NCBI GenBank assembly: GCA_036170915.1
Contig: JAVHQC010000029.1
Span: 262,950-326,949 of the forward strand
From: Cyanobacteria bacterium auto_48_18
Lineage (GTDB): Bacteria > Cyanobacteriota > Vampirovibrionia > Obscuribacterales > Obscuribacteraceae
DNA length: 64,000 nucleotides
Direction: 5' to 3'
Part shown: piece after piece, positions 1 to 10,319 of the stretch
Layout of the letters: each line of letters opens with the position of its first letter
Position numbering within the stretch: position 1 is the stretch's first letter
Program-made: the position numbers and the translations under genes
The notes under the pieces: model-generated
The model's input: the letters and a program-made list of their open reading frames with translations, nothing else
Databases searched by the model: none
Told to the model about the DNA's origin: nothing

Positions 1-243
1 TTTCGCTTCTTCGTTTTCAGCTACTGCTTCTTCTTCTTTGCTATCGCATTCAGCTGGCTGGCAAGCTGCCGACTCAGCATCTTCTGTCTTAGCTTCACAC
101 TCGCTGTTCTCAGCAGCGGCTTCGGTAGCCGCTTCTGGAGCTTCTTCAGTAATCGTCACGCTTGTAATTTCTTCTTCAGTCTCGACTACTGGCTCGGTTA
201 CTGGTTCAGCTGCTTTGCTTCCACTGTGCTTCTTCTTACTCAT
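1..243 (-). CDS. 5' part of a gene running off the window edge; acidic, low-complexity N-terminus
   Basis: Not in the ORF track. ATG at 243 with an AAGGAG Shine-Dalgarno upstream; frame open to position 1: MSKKKHSGSKAAEPVTEPVVETEEEITSVTITEEAPEAATEAAAENSECEAK... Confidence 0.8.
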   Translation of the reverse strand, partial: MSKKKHSGSKAAEPVTEPVVETEEEITSVTITEEAPEAATEAAAENSECEAKTEDAESAACQPAECDSKEEEAVAENEEAK

Positions 244-639
244 GGCCTCTCTCCTTACAAATCCTGGACTCCATCGGGATGCCAGATTCAATTTCCATTT
301 CTTTTCACAGACCGAAGTAACTCGCGCACCAAAAGCGTGCTTAAAAACCAGTGTTCTAAGCATCTAGTCGATCCAGCCCGAAGCAAAGTACTCAGAGCTA
401 AAGATCGCACCAAGTTGTCGTTATATTCGCAGCGAAGCGCAGCAAAGCATTCGCCCAGATTGGGCGTTAAGTTACATCGCCCCGGCAAACGAGTTACAAA
501 GAAATTGAACCTTACTCTTATATTCTTACAGATCCCGGCGAGTTTCGCAGGGTTGTCAGCAACATTTTTGGTTAAAATTTTGGGGAAATTTTCGCACCGG
601 AAATGGTGGCGTCAAAAGTGGCGTAAAAACTCCGGCAAA

Positions 640-1284
640 TCAGTCGTGCTTTTTATCTGTTCCATAGAGATAAATGATTGAATCTGGCTCACTATGCGAG
701 TCTTGCACAATATCTTCAAGTATTTTTTGAGCTTCGCCTTCTACCGCAGCAGAAGGTGAAAGAGCGCTGGAATCTTTCCGCGAGTTTGTCTCTGTACTAG
801 CGCCGTTCACGCGAGCTGATTGGTCGCTGACTTGCTCGCTAAACTCTTGGTGTAAGTCGTCGAAATTTTCTTTGGGAGTAATCTGCTTGATCGTGTAGTT
901 GACCACATGTATCGTGCGCACCACGTATAACAGTGACTCTTGTGCAGCGTTAAGCTCTTTCATCTCAGCAAAAGTCTGAACGTCTGTCAGTTTCTCGCTG
1001 GCTGAGAGTAATTTCTTTAAAGTATCATCGTACCTTTTAGACCACGTAGCGTCAGTGTCTAAGCCACTGTACTTACTGATCTGATCAAGTTCGTTTATTT
1101 GCTTCAGTAGTTCGGCCACCACCGATTTCAATCTTTTCTGATAACTCAGTAAACGAATGGCTCGATTGCGTTTGCGATCAAGAAAGTAGCTATAAGTCTT
1201 CCATGCCACAATGCCTGAAACAATAAAAGCCATGCTCATGGCAAAAAAGAAAAATAGGCCAAAAATGAACATCAAAAAATGCAT
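640..1284 (-). CDS. Hypothetical protein with N-terminal membrane anchor and helical/coiled-coil body
   Basis: 214-aa ORF; hydrophobic N-terminus followed by basic RKRNR and amphipathic helices. Confidence 0.7.
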   Translation of the reverse strand: MHFLMFIFGLFFFFAMSMAFIVSGIVAWKTYSYFLDRKRNRAIRLLSYQKRLKSVVAELLKQINELDQISKYSGLDTDATWSKRYDDTLKKLLSASEKLTDVQTFAEMKELNAAQESLLYVVRTIHVVNYTIKQITPKENFDDLHQEFSEQVSDQSARVNGASTETNSRKDSSALSPSAAVEGEAQKILEDIVQDSHSEPDSIIYLYGTDKKHD

Positions 1285-1597
1285 TTAACCCGCCGATTCC
1301 TCTATGGCCATATTAAGCTCTCTTAAAATAGATCATAACCGCTTATGGAGCTTATTGAAAAAACCCGTGAGCAGTGCAGGCGCGAGATCGCACCCATAAC
1401 GGCTGATAACAAGCAGCGTAACTAGCTACTAATTTAACGTCATTTGCCTCACAGGTGCTTTTGCTTCTTTTCAAGCCTATGCTACACTCCTCCAAGATAA
1501 TGGCAACCTTGAACAATATTGTCAGTTAAACACCTGAGCAATCAATACCAGAGCTAAGCTGGAACCCGGGAACCAAGCCCCTTTCAGAGAGAAAACT

Positions 1598-1834
1598 ATG
1601 CCTGCGCCAAATTGCTCAACAGTCAAAACCGCTCTCACAGAGCTAAAAGAGATTCTCAGTCGCAGCCAGCAGAGCAACCACGCTGTTGCAGGTGATGGTG
1701 ACGTATTCGCGGCAATCGCCGGGCTTGAAGAGACCATCAATTCAATTGAAGAAAAATCTTTTGCTCAGGGCGACTTTACAGCAGACATGGGCGTGCCAAT
1801 CATTACTGGCCTGACTCAACCACTGATTAGCTAG
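1598..1834 (+). CDS. Small hypothetical protein
   Basis: 78-aa ORF with purine-rich GAGAGA upstream of the ATG; ends 14 bp before the convergent murG stop. Confidence 0.55.
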   Translation: MPAPNCSTVKTALTELKEILSRSQQSNHAVAGDGDVFAAIAGLEETINSIEEKSFAQGDFTADMGVPIITGLTQPLIS

Positions 1835-1848
1835 ATTTTTAGATTCAG

Positions 1849-3003
1849 TTACAGAGTTAAGTGTTGCGGCACTTGGCCTTGAAATTGCTCACTTATTTCT
1901 TTCAATTGTTGTGCCAAAGCCTTAGCTGCATTAGGCTTTCCTAACTCGTGCATACGTCGGCGCATTTCATTTAAGCGGCCGTCATCGCTGATTAATGCGG
2001 CGATGTGATTGTAGAGCGTCTCACCGGTGAGATCTTCCTGCGGTACTAAAACCGCAGCCTTCTGCGATTCCACATAACGAGCGTTATGCGTCTGGTGATC
2101 TTGGGCGGCATACGGATAAGGCACAAAAATTGCGGGAGTGCCGGTTACTGCCAGCTCAGCCACAGTCATGGCTCCAGCTCTCGTTATGGCTAAATCCGAC
2201 ACGGCATATGCGATAGATAAATCATCAAAATAAGCGCGCAGGTGATAGCGCGGGCTTGGCGCAAGATTAGGATTAAGCCTTTCTTTTACATCATTCAAAT
2301 TTTTGTCGCCGCACTGGTGCACAATCTGAATGTGCGGCTCAATTTCCAGCAGTTGTGGCAAAGCCGCTGTCAGAGCCTCATTGAGCGCCTTTGCGCCTTG
2401 CGAACCGCCAGTGACAAGTACGGTTTTCAAATCAGAGCGCAAGCCCATAAGGGCACAGCCAGCGTCTCTGTGACGCTCGGCCAGAAAACTTTTGCGCACA
2501 GGGTTGCCGTTGAAGATGACTTTTCCACGTGGTGCACTGATACGCGCGGCAGCGCCCTGCATGCCGAGCGACACAAGTTGTGCACGTCGAGACAACATAC
2601 GATTGACCAGCCCTGGGTGAGCATCTGGCTCATGCACGGCAGTTGGTATACCTAGACTGTTTGCCGCAGCTAGAGGCGGCGCCGAAGCGTAACCTCCGGT
2701 GCCCAAGACAACAGTAGGCTTAAACTTGCGCAAAACCGCTTTAGCGCTCTCAATGGCGGCAAACATTTGAAAGGGCCAGGTAACCAGTCGTGGCGTTAGA
2801 CTGCGCGGCATTCCTGAAACACTGAGACCAATAAAATCGAGCCCATTTTCACGAGCCAACTTTTCTTCCGAATGACCCTTGGCTCCTATATAAAGGATGG
2901 CTTCCACTGATGGATCATCCTTTAATTGCTCAGCCACAGAGAGAGCGGGATAGATGTGTCCACCTGTTCCGCCACCCGTCAGTACTATGCGATGACCAAC
3001 CAT
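1849..3003 (-). CDS. murG: Lipid I N-acetylglucosaminyltransferase MurG
   Basis: GGGTGGHIYPA, GTGGYAS, GNPVR, GGSQGA, RAGAMT and DHQTHNA motifs; follows ftsW. Confidence 0.97.
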   Translation of the reverse strand: MVGHRIVLTGGGTGGHIYPALSVAEQLKDDPSVEAILYIGAKGHSEEKLARENGLDFIGLSVSGMPRSLTPRLVTWPFQMFAAIESAKAVLRKFKPTVVLGTGGYASAPPLAAANSLGIPTAVHEPDAHPGLVNRMLSRRAQLVSLGMQGAAARISAPRGKVIFNGNPVRKSFLAERHRDAGCALMGLRSDLKTVLVTGGSQGAKALNEALTAALPQLLEIEPHIQIVHQCGDKNLNDVKERLNPNLAPSPRYHLRAYFDDLSIAYAVSDLAITRAGAMTVAELAVTGTPAIFVPYPYAAQDHQTHNARYVESQKAAVLVPQEDLTGETLYNHIAALISDDGRLNEMRRRMHELGKPNAAKALAQQLKEISEQFQGQVPQHLTL

Positions 3004-3013
3004 TGAACGGTCC

Positions 3014-4294
3014 TCAGAGCGTGCTCAACACATTGGGTGAGTTAGGGGGAACCGGAGTAGGTCTCGGTGGAAGTGGCGGTGCGTCTGCCTCTTCGGTCTC
3101 TTCATCATCTTCAGGAACATAAGCGCGATCGCGCGAGACCGACAAAAGCATGCCGACCATTCCTAAAGTGACCACCAGCGATGTGCCACCATAACTGATG
3201 AAAGGCAACGTGATGCCGGTCACCGGAAGCAACCCGGTAGTCACCATCATGTTGATCGCAGCTTGAGTGCAGATTTCGCTGGTGATACCAATGGCGAGAA
3301 AACGCCCGAACAAAGTCTTTGCAGAAAGTGCGGTTCTAAAACCGTAAGCACCAAAAAGTGCGAACAAGCCAATCAACAAAGTACAACCAATTAAGCCAAA
3401 CTCTTCAGCAATGACAGCAAAAATAAAGTCGGCAAATTGTACGGGGAGATAATAGAGTTTTTGCAGAGAGCGGCCAAAACCCTGGCCCCAAAGACCACCT
3501 GAGCCAATGGCATACTGAGCCTGAATAATATTCCAACCCTCTTTTTGCGGGTGCAAATATGGGTTAAGCCAGGTTTCAATGCGAGCCATTTGATAAGGAG
3601 TGGTCTGAATTTTCTGCCAGACAACGGCACCTACACCTAAAATGGAAACAATAACCAGTACAAAATTAGTACCGCTGGCAAAAAGCATGGTCAATAAAGA
3701 CGCAGCAATCATGCTGGCAGAACCGAGGTCAGGCTGTTTAACAATGATGGCGGCCATACTTATGACCACCACGATGCGGCACAAAATCTGGCGATGCCAC
3801 CAGAAATATTTGGACAGACCAGAAGCGAGCAAAAGAATGGTGGCAACTTTTGCCACTTCAGAAGGTTGAAATTGAATTGGTCCGATATTCAACCAGCGGC
3901 TTGAGCCCATGGTTTGAATAGTCAGGCCGGGAATATTGACGAGAGTGATACCGAGAGCGAAGAGGGCAAAGAGCGCCAGCGGCCATGCCCATTTTTTCCA
4001 GCGTCGATAGTCGTAACGGCTGACGGTGAACATGACAAAAAGACCAATAACAAAAGCCATGGTCTGCTTGCGTAAAAGCGTGGTGGAGTCATGAAAGCTT
4101 TGTTGTGCTTCAGGGGCTGAGGCGGAATAAACTGCCATTAAGCCAAATAAGCAGAGACTGAGAACGATACCCACAAGGGTGCGATCAATCCCCCCTCTGT
4201 ATTCAGAAGAAGACTTCTTTTCGGCTGGGCCACCGCTATTGTCGCGGCGACGCCATCTCTCTCGCTCTTGCGCGGACAAGATCTTTGAAGACAC
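3014..4294 (-). CDS. ftsW: SEDS-family peptidoglycan polymerase FtsW (start uncertain: GTG 4294, TTG 4279, or 4336 in the track)
   Basis: Multi-TM; SSRW, FQPSE, QPDLG, AIGSGGLWGQG, DFIFA and LPFISYGGTS motifs; lies between murD and murG. Confidence 0.93.
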   Translation of the reverse strand: MSSKILSAQERERWRRRDNSGGPAEKKSSSEYRGGIDRTLVGIVLSLCLFGLMAVYSASAPEAQQSFHDSTTLLRKQTMAFVIGLFVMFTVSRYDYRRWKKWAWPLALFALFALGITLVNIPGLTIQTMGSSRWLNIGPIQFQPSEVAKVATILLLASGLSKYFWWHRQILCRIVVVISMAAIIVKQPDLGSASMIAASLLTMLFASGTNFVLVIVSILGVGAVVWQKIQTTPYQMARIETWLNPYLHPQKEGWNIIQAQYAIGSGGLWGQGFGRSLQKLYYLPVQFADFIFAVIAEEFGLIGCTLLIGLFALFGAYGFRTALSAKTLFGRFLAIGITSEICTQAAINMMVTTGLLPVTGITLPFISYGGTSLVVTLGMVGMLLSVSRDRAYVPEDDEETEEADAPPLPPRPTPVPPNSPNVLSTL

Positions 4295-5624
4295 GTCCTC
4301 TATCCTCGAAATCCCTGAACATGTCGAAACTAGCACAGGCAGGGGAAAGTAATACTGGTCCTTTTTTTAATTTACCGCCGATTTGGACGGCTTCCTCCAT
4401 CGTATGTGCAGGATATATATCGTTGTATCCAGCCTCGCGCAACGCTCTTTCAAATCTATCTTTTGCTTCACCAATAAGGATAACGCTCAAAGCGTATTTT
4501 TTAACGCATTGAATTAAGTCAGCCAGGGAAGTTCCTTTGTCTTTTCCACCAGCAATCAGCACGACACTCTTTTCAGGAAAAGATTCAAGCGCTTTAATTG
4601 CCGAGTCTGTGTTGGTGGCTTTGGAGTCATTGAAGTAGTCCACACCGTCTACGGTTTCAACAAATTCGAGCCGGTGCTCGAGGGCTTTGAATGTTTTAAG
4701 ATGCTGTTCAATTTCTTTTTCAGTTAGTCCGGCGAGACAGCAGGCAGCGATAGCAGCCAGAGCATTTTCTACATTGTGTTTGCCGAGGATGCGCAATTCT
4801 CTTTCGCTGCAAACAACACGTGACCGGGCATTGTAAGAATAGCCGAGGAAGCCATCTTCTAGATATGCACCCTGTATACTGCTGCGCGCGTCAGGGGAAA
4901 GCGAGAAAGGAAACACTTCAGCTTTGGTGCGTGTGGCGGCCACCACCGGATCGTCTTGATTTAAAATGGCGAAATCTTCAAGGCTCTGGCGGCCAAACAT
5001 AGAGCGTTTAGCTTCAATGTACTGGTCAAGCCCACCATGCCAGTCGAGATGATCAGGTGTTAAGTTAAGCCATATCGCTATATGTGGTGCGAATGTCGGT
5101 GAATATTCCAGCTGATAAGAACTAACTTCGACCACGAGAAAATCTAGCGGACCCGAATCTAACCGGCTGAGAATCGGCACTCCGATGTTGCCGCAAGCAG
5201 GAGCCAGTCGTCCAGCCTTTTCCAAAATGTAGCTAATCAAGGCAGTGGTAGTAGATTTGCCGTTGGTGCCGGTCACGGCAATAAAAGGCACATTGCCCTG
5301 GCATTCACGATAAGCCAGCTCTACGTCAGATATCACCTCGCGATGGTGGGCGCGAGCGCGTTGCATAATATCAGCGCGCGGTGGAATGCCGGGGCTGGTA
5401 ATGACCAGCTCAGACCAGCTTAAACAGCGCTCACTATGGCCGCCAAATTCGCTTTCGACTTGCAGATTGTTGAGCTCAGCGAGCAACTTGGAATTGCATT
5501 TTTCTTTAGGCTGCGACTCAGAAATAAGCACTTTTGCGCCGCGCTTAACCAGATAGGAAGCCGCGGCAACGCCGCTTCTACCCAAACCTAAAATCGTAAC
5601 TTTTTTATTTTTCCAGTCTGCCAC
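4236..5624 (-). CDS. murD: UDP-N-acetylmuramoyl-L-alanine--D-glutamate ligase
   Basis: GLGRSG, SPGI, VTGTNGKSTTT, EVSSYQL, DHLDWH, NDSKATN and LSPACASFDMF motifs. Confidence 0.97.
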   Translation of the reverse strand: MADWKNKKVTILGLGRSGVAAASYLVKRGAKVLISESQPKEKCNSKLLAELNNLQVESEFGGHSERCLSWSELVITSPGIPPRADIMQRARAHHREVISDVELAYRECQGNVPFIAVTGTNGKSTTTALISYILEKAGRLAPACGNIGVPILSRLDSGPLDFLVVEVSSYQLEYSPTFAPHIAIWLNLTPDHLDWHGGLDQYIEAKRSMFGRQSLEDFAILNQDDPVVAATRTKAEVFPFSLSPDARSSIQGAYLEDGFLGYSYNARSRVVCSERELRILGKHNVENALAAIAACCLAGLTEKEIEQHLKTFKALEHRLEFVETVDGVDYFNDSKATNTDSAIKALESFPEKSVVLIAGGKDKGTSLADLIQCVKKYALSVILIGEAKDRFERALREAGYNDIYPAHTMEEAVQIGGKLKKGPVLLSPACASFDMFRDFEDRGRVFKDLVRARAREMASPRQ

Positions 5625-5630
5625 AGGCTA

Positions 5631-5639
5631 ATTGTAACA
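5631..5639 (-). promoter_or_regulatory. Extended -10 element (TGT-TACAAT) 6 nt before the murD GTG; probable leaderless promoter
   Basis: Minus strand reads TGTTACAAT-TAGCCT-GTG with no Shine-Dalgarno between the element and the start. Confidence 0.5.
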
Positions 5640-5688
5640 GGTGGTTTCCAAGCTTCAGCCTTTAGTTTGGCCTTTTAGTTTGACCTGC

Positions 5689-7605
5689 TTATTTGCGCTC
5701 TTTTTCTTTCTGCTCCAATTTGTAGGCTCTGGCCGTCAAATTCTCAATGTGCTTGTTCAGCTTTTCTACTTCTTTAACAGGCATACCTGGTGATAGAGCC
5801 AAATAAGCTTTGTACTGCACCACAGCCTCTTTCAGATCTTTGGAAGCTTCAGGTTTGAGACGCTCTAAAGTTTTACCAAGACCCATGCGGCTATCGGCAA
5901 TTTTTGGATTGTCGTAGATGGAAGCGTGATATTTATCGATGGCGCTGGCAAGCTGACTACGGCGAGAAAGATCGTCACCAAGAGTCAATTCCTGACGAGC
6001 CACATCTTTTTGCTTGGCCACTGAATTAAGACCACGTTTAGCGCGCTCTTCACCACCAGGCATGCCCGCTGCTTTTTTGTAAGCGGCTTCTGCGCTGGGG
6101 AGATCTTTGATCATCAAAGCCAGATCGCCTACAGCAAAAGTTTGTTTGGCGTCAGAAGCATTGGCAATTACTGTTGCCATTTCTTTATCAGCATCGGCAA
6201 ACTTGTTTTGCGCCAGAAGTGCTTCAGCGTAAGCAACACGTTCGCCGTCATTTGTCGGTGTACCGATGCTCGACAGATCAATCGGCACGCCGGCCATTGA
6301 ACGAAGCTTAGCTTGAGCCAGTCTCAATTCCATGTCATTTGGATTCATCTTCACCGCTTGATCAATCATGCGCTGAGCTGATTCATATTCGTTGGAAACG
6401 AAAAAGGCACCAGTAGCTTCTTTGTTGGCTTTCAAATAATAGGCGCGGGTCAAACCCTTTGCTGCTGCCGAATTTTGTGGATTAGCATCCATCACTGTGC
6501 GATATTCTTTCACCGCATCATCCAATTTTTCCAACTGCAAACTTTCATCGGCAATACGCAGGTGCAAGTCGGCATTGTTAGGCATCATTTCTAAACCAGA
6601 TCTCAGTTCAGCAATGGACATTTCCAAATCGCCGCGGGCCTGTCTGATGTCGGCAATGTGCAAGTAAGCGTCTGGATTTTCTGGTTTGATGGCGATTGAT
6701 TTTTGCAGCTCGCTAATCGCAGCAACAGTGTTGCCTTGAGCTGCGTATACATCACCAAGAGTCTGGTGCACAGGAGCGCTGTTACGATTTTGATAAAGCG
6801 AAGTATTGAGTTCTTTCAAAGCTTGATCGTAAAGGCCTTGCTTGTAATAGGCTCTGCCCAGGCCGTAGTGAGCGGTAGAGTTGCCTGAATTGAGGGAGAC
6901 CGCTTGCTTGAAAGCTGCTACCGCGTCGGCATACTGCTCTTTGCTCAATTTGGCGATACCCATTTGAGCATAAGCATCAGAATATTTCGGATCGAGATGA
7001 ATAGCTTCTTTGTACGAATTGATCGCTTCGTCGATTCTTCCCTGTTCCTTATATATGTTGCCCAAAGTGACGTGACCTTCAGGCATGCCAGGGTCGATGC
7101 TCAACGCTTGTTTGACTTCAGCTTCGGCGTTGCGCAAAGAAGCTTCTCTATTTTTGATTACCGTGCCTGATGACGAAGTGAGACGATTGAACATCACCAT
7201 CGCTTTACCGGCGTGAGCCGAGGCATTCATAGAATCGTTTGCCAGAGCCTTGTTGAAATATTCTTCAGCGGCATCAAGTTTGAACTGTCTGGCTAATGCC
7301 ATGCCGTAACCTACAGTAGCAGGCACGTTCTTTTTGTCTCGACCAATTTCGCCTTTATAGAGATCAGCAGCTTCAGTATATTTTCCTTGGAGCATCAATT
7401 GATCTGCTCGCACAGTTTCGCGAGTGATACGAATCTGGTAGGTTTTTTTAGCAACAGCAATGCGAGTTCCGGAAATCGTGTCAGAGTCTCCACGAGCCGA
7501 AGCGCAATCAGCATTCCAGGTTAGATTCGAGACAATCGAAACCGATGCCGCCAGGCCCAGCGTGAGATTCTTTAGCGAATTTCTGTTAGTCATACCATTC
7601 TCCAT
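5689..7605 (-). CDS. Exported multi-TPR repeat protein
   Basis: Signal-peptide-like N-terminus (ending ASA) and many TPR units, e.g. GHVTLGNIYKEQGRIDEAINSYKEAIHLDP. Confidence 0.85.
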   Translation of the reverse strand: MENGMTNRNSLKNLTLGLAASVSIVSNLTWNADCASARGDSDTISGTRIAVAKKTYQIRITRETVRADQLMLQGKYTEAADLYKGEIGRDKKNVPATVGYGMALARQFKLDAAEEYFNKALANDSMNASAHAGKAMVMFNRLTSSSGTVIKNREASLRNAEAEVKQALSIDPGMPEGHVTLGNIYKEQGRIDEAINSYKEAIHLDPKYSDAYAQMGIAKLSKEQYADAVAAFKQAVSLNSGNSTAHYGLGRAYYKQGLYDQALKELNTSLYQNRNSAPVHQTLGDVYAAQGNTVAAISELQKSIAIKPENPDAYLHIADIRQARGDLEMSIAELRSGLEMMPNNADLHLRIADESLQLEKLDDAVKEYRTVMDANPQNSAAAKGLTRAYYLKANKEATGAFFVSNEYESAQRMIDQAVKMNPNDMELRLAQAKLRSMAGVPIDLSSIGTPTNDGERVAYAEALLAQNKFADADKEMATVIANASDAKQTFAVGDLALMIKDLPSAEAAYKKAAGMPGGEERAKRGLNSVAKQKDVARQELTLGDDLSRRSQLASAIDKYHASIYDNPKIADSRMGLGKTLERLKPEASKDLKEAVVQYKAYLALSPGMPVKEVEKLNKHIENLTARAYKLEQKEKERK

Positions 7606-7830
7606 AAGGGTTTCTGATCATAGGCTGAGCGCAGCATCTGCCTTTTTGCTTGCCATCTGCTGAAACAAATAGCTCAACAGATGACGTTAGTCGCTTGAAA
7701 ACCGCGCTGCCTTTCTTTATTCCTAAATAGTCGCAAATTGTAGCAACAGTTTTACGCAACTGATGGGAAGCGTTTTATTCTATATATAAGGAAGCGATTT
7801 TTGAGCTGACCCTTCCATGAGGATTAAAAA

Positions 7831-8589
7831 GTGTCTGGTCATTCCAAGTGGGCCACAATCAAAAGGCACAAAGCCGTAGTCGATCAAAAGCGCGGAGTGG
7901 TTTACGCCAAGATGTCGCGCGAAATCATTATTGCCGCCAAACTTGGTGGCAGCGATCCTAACGGCAATTTTCGCCTGCGGCAAGCAATCGATCGCGCTAA
8001 AGCAGAAGGCGTGCCCAACGACAATATTCAACGAGCGGTGGAGAAGGGCTCAGGCACAGGCACTTTAGATAATTTCGAAGAACTGGTTTACGAAGGTTAC
8101 GGCCCTGGTGGAGTTGCAGTGCTGGTCAAATGCACAACAGACAATCGCAACCGCACGGCAGGTGATGTGCGCATGTATTTTTCAAAATACGGCGGCAACA
8201 TGGGCGACAGTGGTTGCGTCAACTGGATGTTCAAAGAGCGCGGTGAAGTAGTAATTGAAAAAGGCTCGAACTTTGATGAAGATGCTCTGCTTACAGCAGC
8301 GCTCGATGCCGGCGCTGAAGATCTCGATACGACACTTGAAGAAGAAGCGCTTGTAGTCTGCAGTCCAGACCAATTAGAAAAAGTGCGCGAGGCCTTAGCG
8401 AAAGCGGGTTACAAAGTCACTTCATCTGAAAACGTGATGATACCTAGCAATACGGTTGAAATTGATAGCGCTGATACAGCGAAACTCTTGCTGCGACTGA
8501 TTGATAGCCTTGAAAATCACGACGATGTGCAGAGTGTTGTCGCCAATTTCGAAATGGATCAAGACTGGATGCAGGAATTTCTCAACTAG
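7831..8589 (+). CDS. yebC: YebC/PmpR family protein
   Basis: MSGHSKWATIK, YEGYGPGG, TDNRNRT and DDVQ motifs. Confidence 0.95.
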   Translation: MSGHSKWATIKRHKAVVDQKRGVVYAKMSREIIIAAKLGGSDPNGNFRLRQAIDRAKAEGVPNDNIQRAVEKGSGTGTLDNFEELVYEGYGPGGVAVLVKCTTDNRNRTAGDVRMYFSKYGGNMGDSGCVNWMFKERGEVVIEKGSNFDEDALLTAALDAGAEDLDTTLEEEALVVCSPDQLEKVREALAKAGYKVTSSENVMIPSNTVEIDSADTAKLLLRLIDSLENHDDVQSVVANFEMDQDWMQEFLN

Positions 8590-9212
8590 CTTTTTTTGTG
8601 CATTATGCGAAATTCGCTAGCAGAGCCGTTTTCATTTGGGCACTATTGGTAGTGCCTGATAAACAAAAAGAAAACAGCCGCATAACGCAGCAAATGCTCG
8701 TGTACAAAACAATAATTAGCAAAGAAAAGTTAAGCAGACACTTGTCTAGCATTGCTGCAACAGAAAGTCTCAAAAGGCAAGCAGTTAGCCATATTTCAGG
8801 CTTTGTGAAAGGGCCATAATTTATCCCTCAAAGAAAATGCAAAGCCTTTAACAAAGGTTTTACAGAGCGTTACGCCAGGCCAATGACAACCGATTTCAAG
8901 GGACAAAATGAGCAGTGCTTCATCTGCCTTACTGCCGAGCCAGTGTGAAACCAGCACCACAAATTTGCACTGAGCAACTTTGAAATAAATTGTCAACACG
9001 GGCTCGCTTAACTTTCTCCAAGAAAGGCCTTGCAACCTCACCTGCGCGCAAAAACAGAACTTGTCAGCGGATCTTTGACGAGCCGCCGCCAGGTCTGTTA
9101 CCTTTCGCCTGCTTCGAAAGACCCGGCCGGAAGCATCTATTGGATATGCGCAAGCGTTACAAACAGTAGATCGGTGACAACCAGCCAGGCACTAGAGAGA
9201 GTCTTCAACCGA

Positions 9213-10076
9213 ATGATTTTGACCAATCTTCCTCACAATAAAAAGTTTGTCCTGGCCATGGGCCTGGTGGCCGCTCTGGGCCTCACCAGCAACTGTACAA
9301 GTGCGATGGCAGCTAACAATGATCTTGAACCAGAAGTGGAATCAAGCGTCTGGGAAGAAAACGATCAAGAGTGCGCCTCAGTTACGCTCAATGGCAAAGA
9401 ACTAGTTGTCTACCGTGGAGCCAATTCAGCCGAAGACCGAGCTGAGAATCTAGCGGACAAATTACAAGATTTACTTAAAGACGAAAAGCTCGAACCAGCC
9501 AAGCTAGTACCAGCTTGCGAAGGTCAGCTTGCAGCCATACGGGTTGACGGCACAACACTGATCAAATTTGAGGTGCCTGAGAGCGGCAATGCAACAGCAG
9601 CTGCCCCACTGGAGTGTAGCTTCAAAGTAGTCAACGCCATTCGTACAATCTTGGGCGTCCCGCAAATTCCTGCAAACTTTTTAAAACTGGCTGAGACTCA
9701 ATCAGCCGATCAAGCGTTCATTGCTTGCACCAATCACACCGCCGCAGCAGTCAGCGCACCAGGCAACTTTTCACCAAACTTTAGCGGCCATGCCTCATGG
9801 TATGGCGGCAAATTCCACGGACGCCGTACATCTAACGGTGAACGCTTCGACATGAATGGTCTGACAGCCGCACATCGCTCATTACCGTTTGGCACCAAAC
9901 TGCTCGTTCTCAACCGCCGTACCGGCGATTCGTGTGTGGTACAGGTCAATGACCGCGGACCATTCGTTGACGACCGCATTATCGACCTCTCACGCGGTGC
10001 TGCGCAAAAATTGAACATGCTTTCATCGGGCGTGGCCATGGTTGATTGCATGGTGCTGAATAACACCGGTCGTTAA
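9213..10076 (+). CDS. rlpA: RlpA-family lytic transglycosylase with extra N-terminal domain (start moved from 9030 to ATG 9213)
   Basis: C-terminal GHASWYG..FHGRRTSNGE, TAAHRSLPFGT, VNDRGPF and IIDLS motifs; signal-like segment after ATG 9213. Confidence 0.85.
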   Translation: MILTNLPHNKKFVLAMGLVAALGLTSNCTSAMAANNDLEPEVESSVWEENDQECASVTLNGKELVVYRGANSAEDRAENLADKLQDLLKDEKLEPAKLVPACEGQLAAIRVDGTTLIKFEVPESGNATAAAPLECSFKVVNAIRTILGVPQIPANFLKLAETQSADQAFIACTNHTAAAVSAPGNFSPNFSGHASWYGGKFHGRRTSNGERFDMNGLTAAHRSLPFGTKLLVLNRRTGDSCVVQVNDRGPFVDDRIIDLSRGAAQKLNMLSSGVAMVDCMVLNNTGR

Positions 10077-10117
10077 GGCCTGGCGAACTGAATTTTTGAT
10101 ACCTGGATTTGTCTCTT

Positions 10118-10184
10118 TGATCCATGAACCGTTAACGGTTGATGATCAGGCTATTCATGATCCATGAACCGTTAACGGTTGATG
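10118..10184. repeat. Two identical 27-bp direct repeats (40-bp period), each containing the perfect 14-bp palindrome AACCGTTAACGGTT
   Basis: TGATCCATGAACCGTTAACGGTTGATG at 10118-10144 and 10158-10184, separated by 13 nt. Confidence 0.95.
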
Positions 10185-10319
10185 TGATAGTCAAGTGTAA
10201 AGCAGGTCAAGTGCTGATCGGCGACCTTCTGATTTTGGCCTGCTAGAATGTCGAGTCAAACCCATTTGTTAACAGGGCCACATTTTTGTTGCTGTCTGTT
10301 TTTTTAAGAGCGCTGCATC

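Noticed and set aside
38..681. Plus-strand ORFs 38..367 and 226..681
   Set aside because: Shadows of the minus-strand gene starting at 243 and of its leader; no SD or motifs
10118..10184. Mini CRISPR array
   Set aside because: Only two repeats, a 13-nt spacer that is too short, and no cas genes in the window
10185..10319. T-box leader before gltX-cysS
   Set aside because: No GGTGGNACCGCG T-box sequence or terminator was seen
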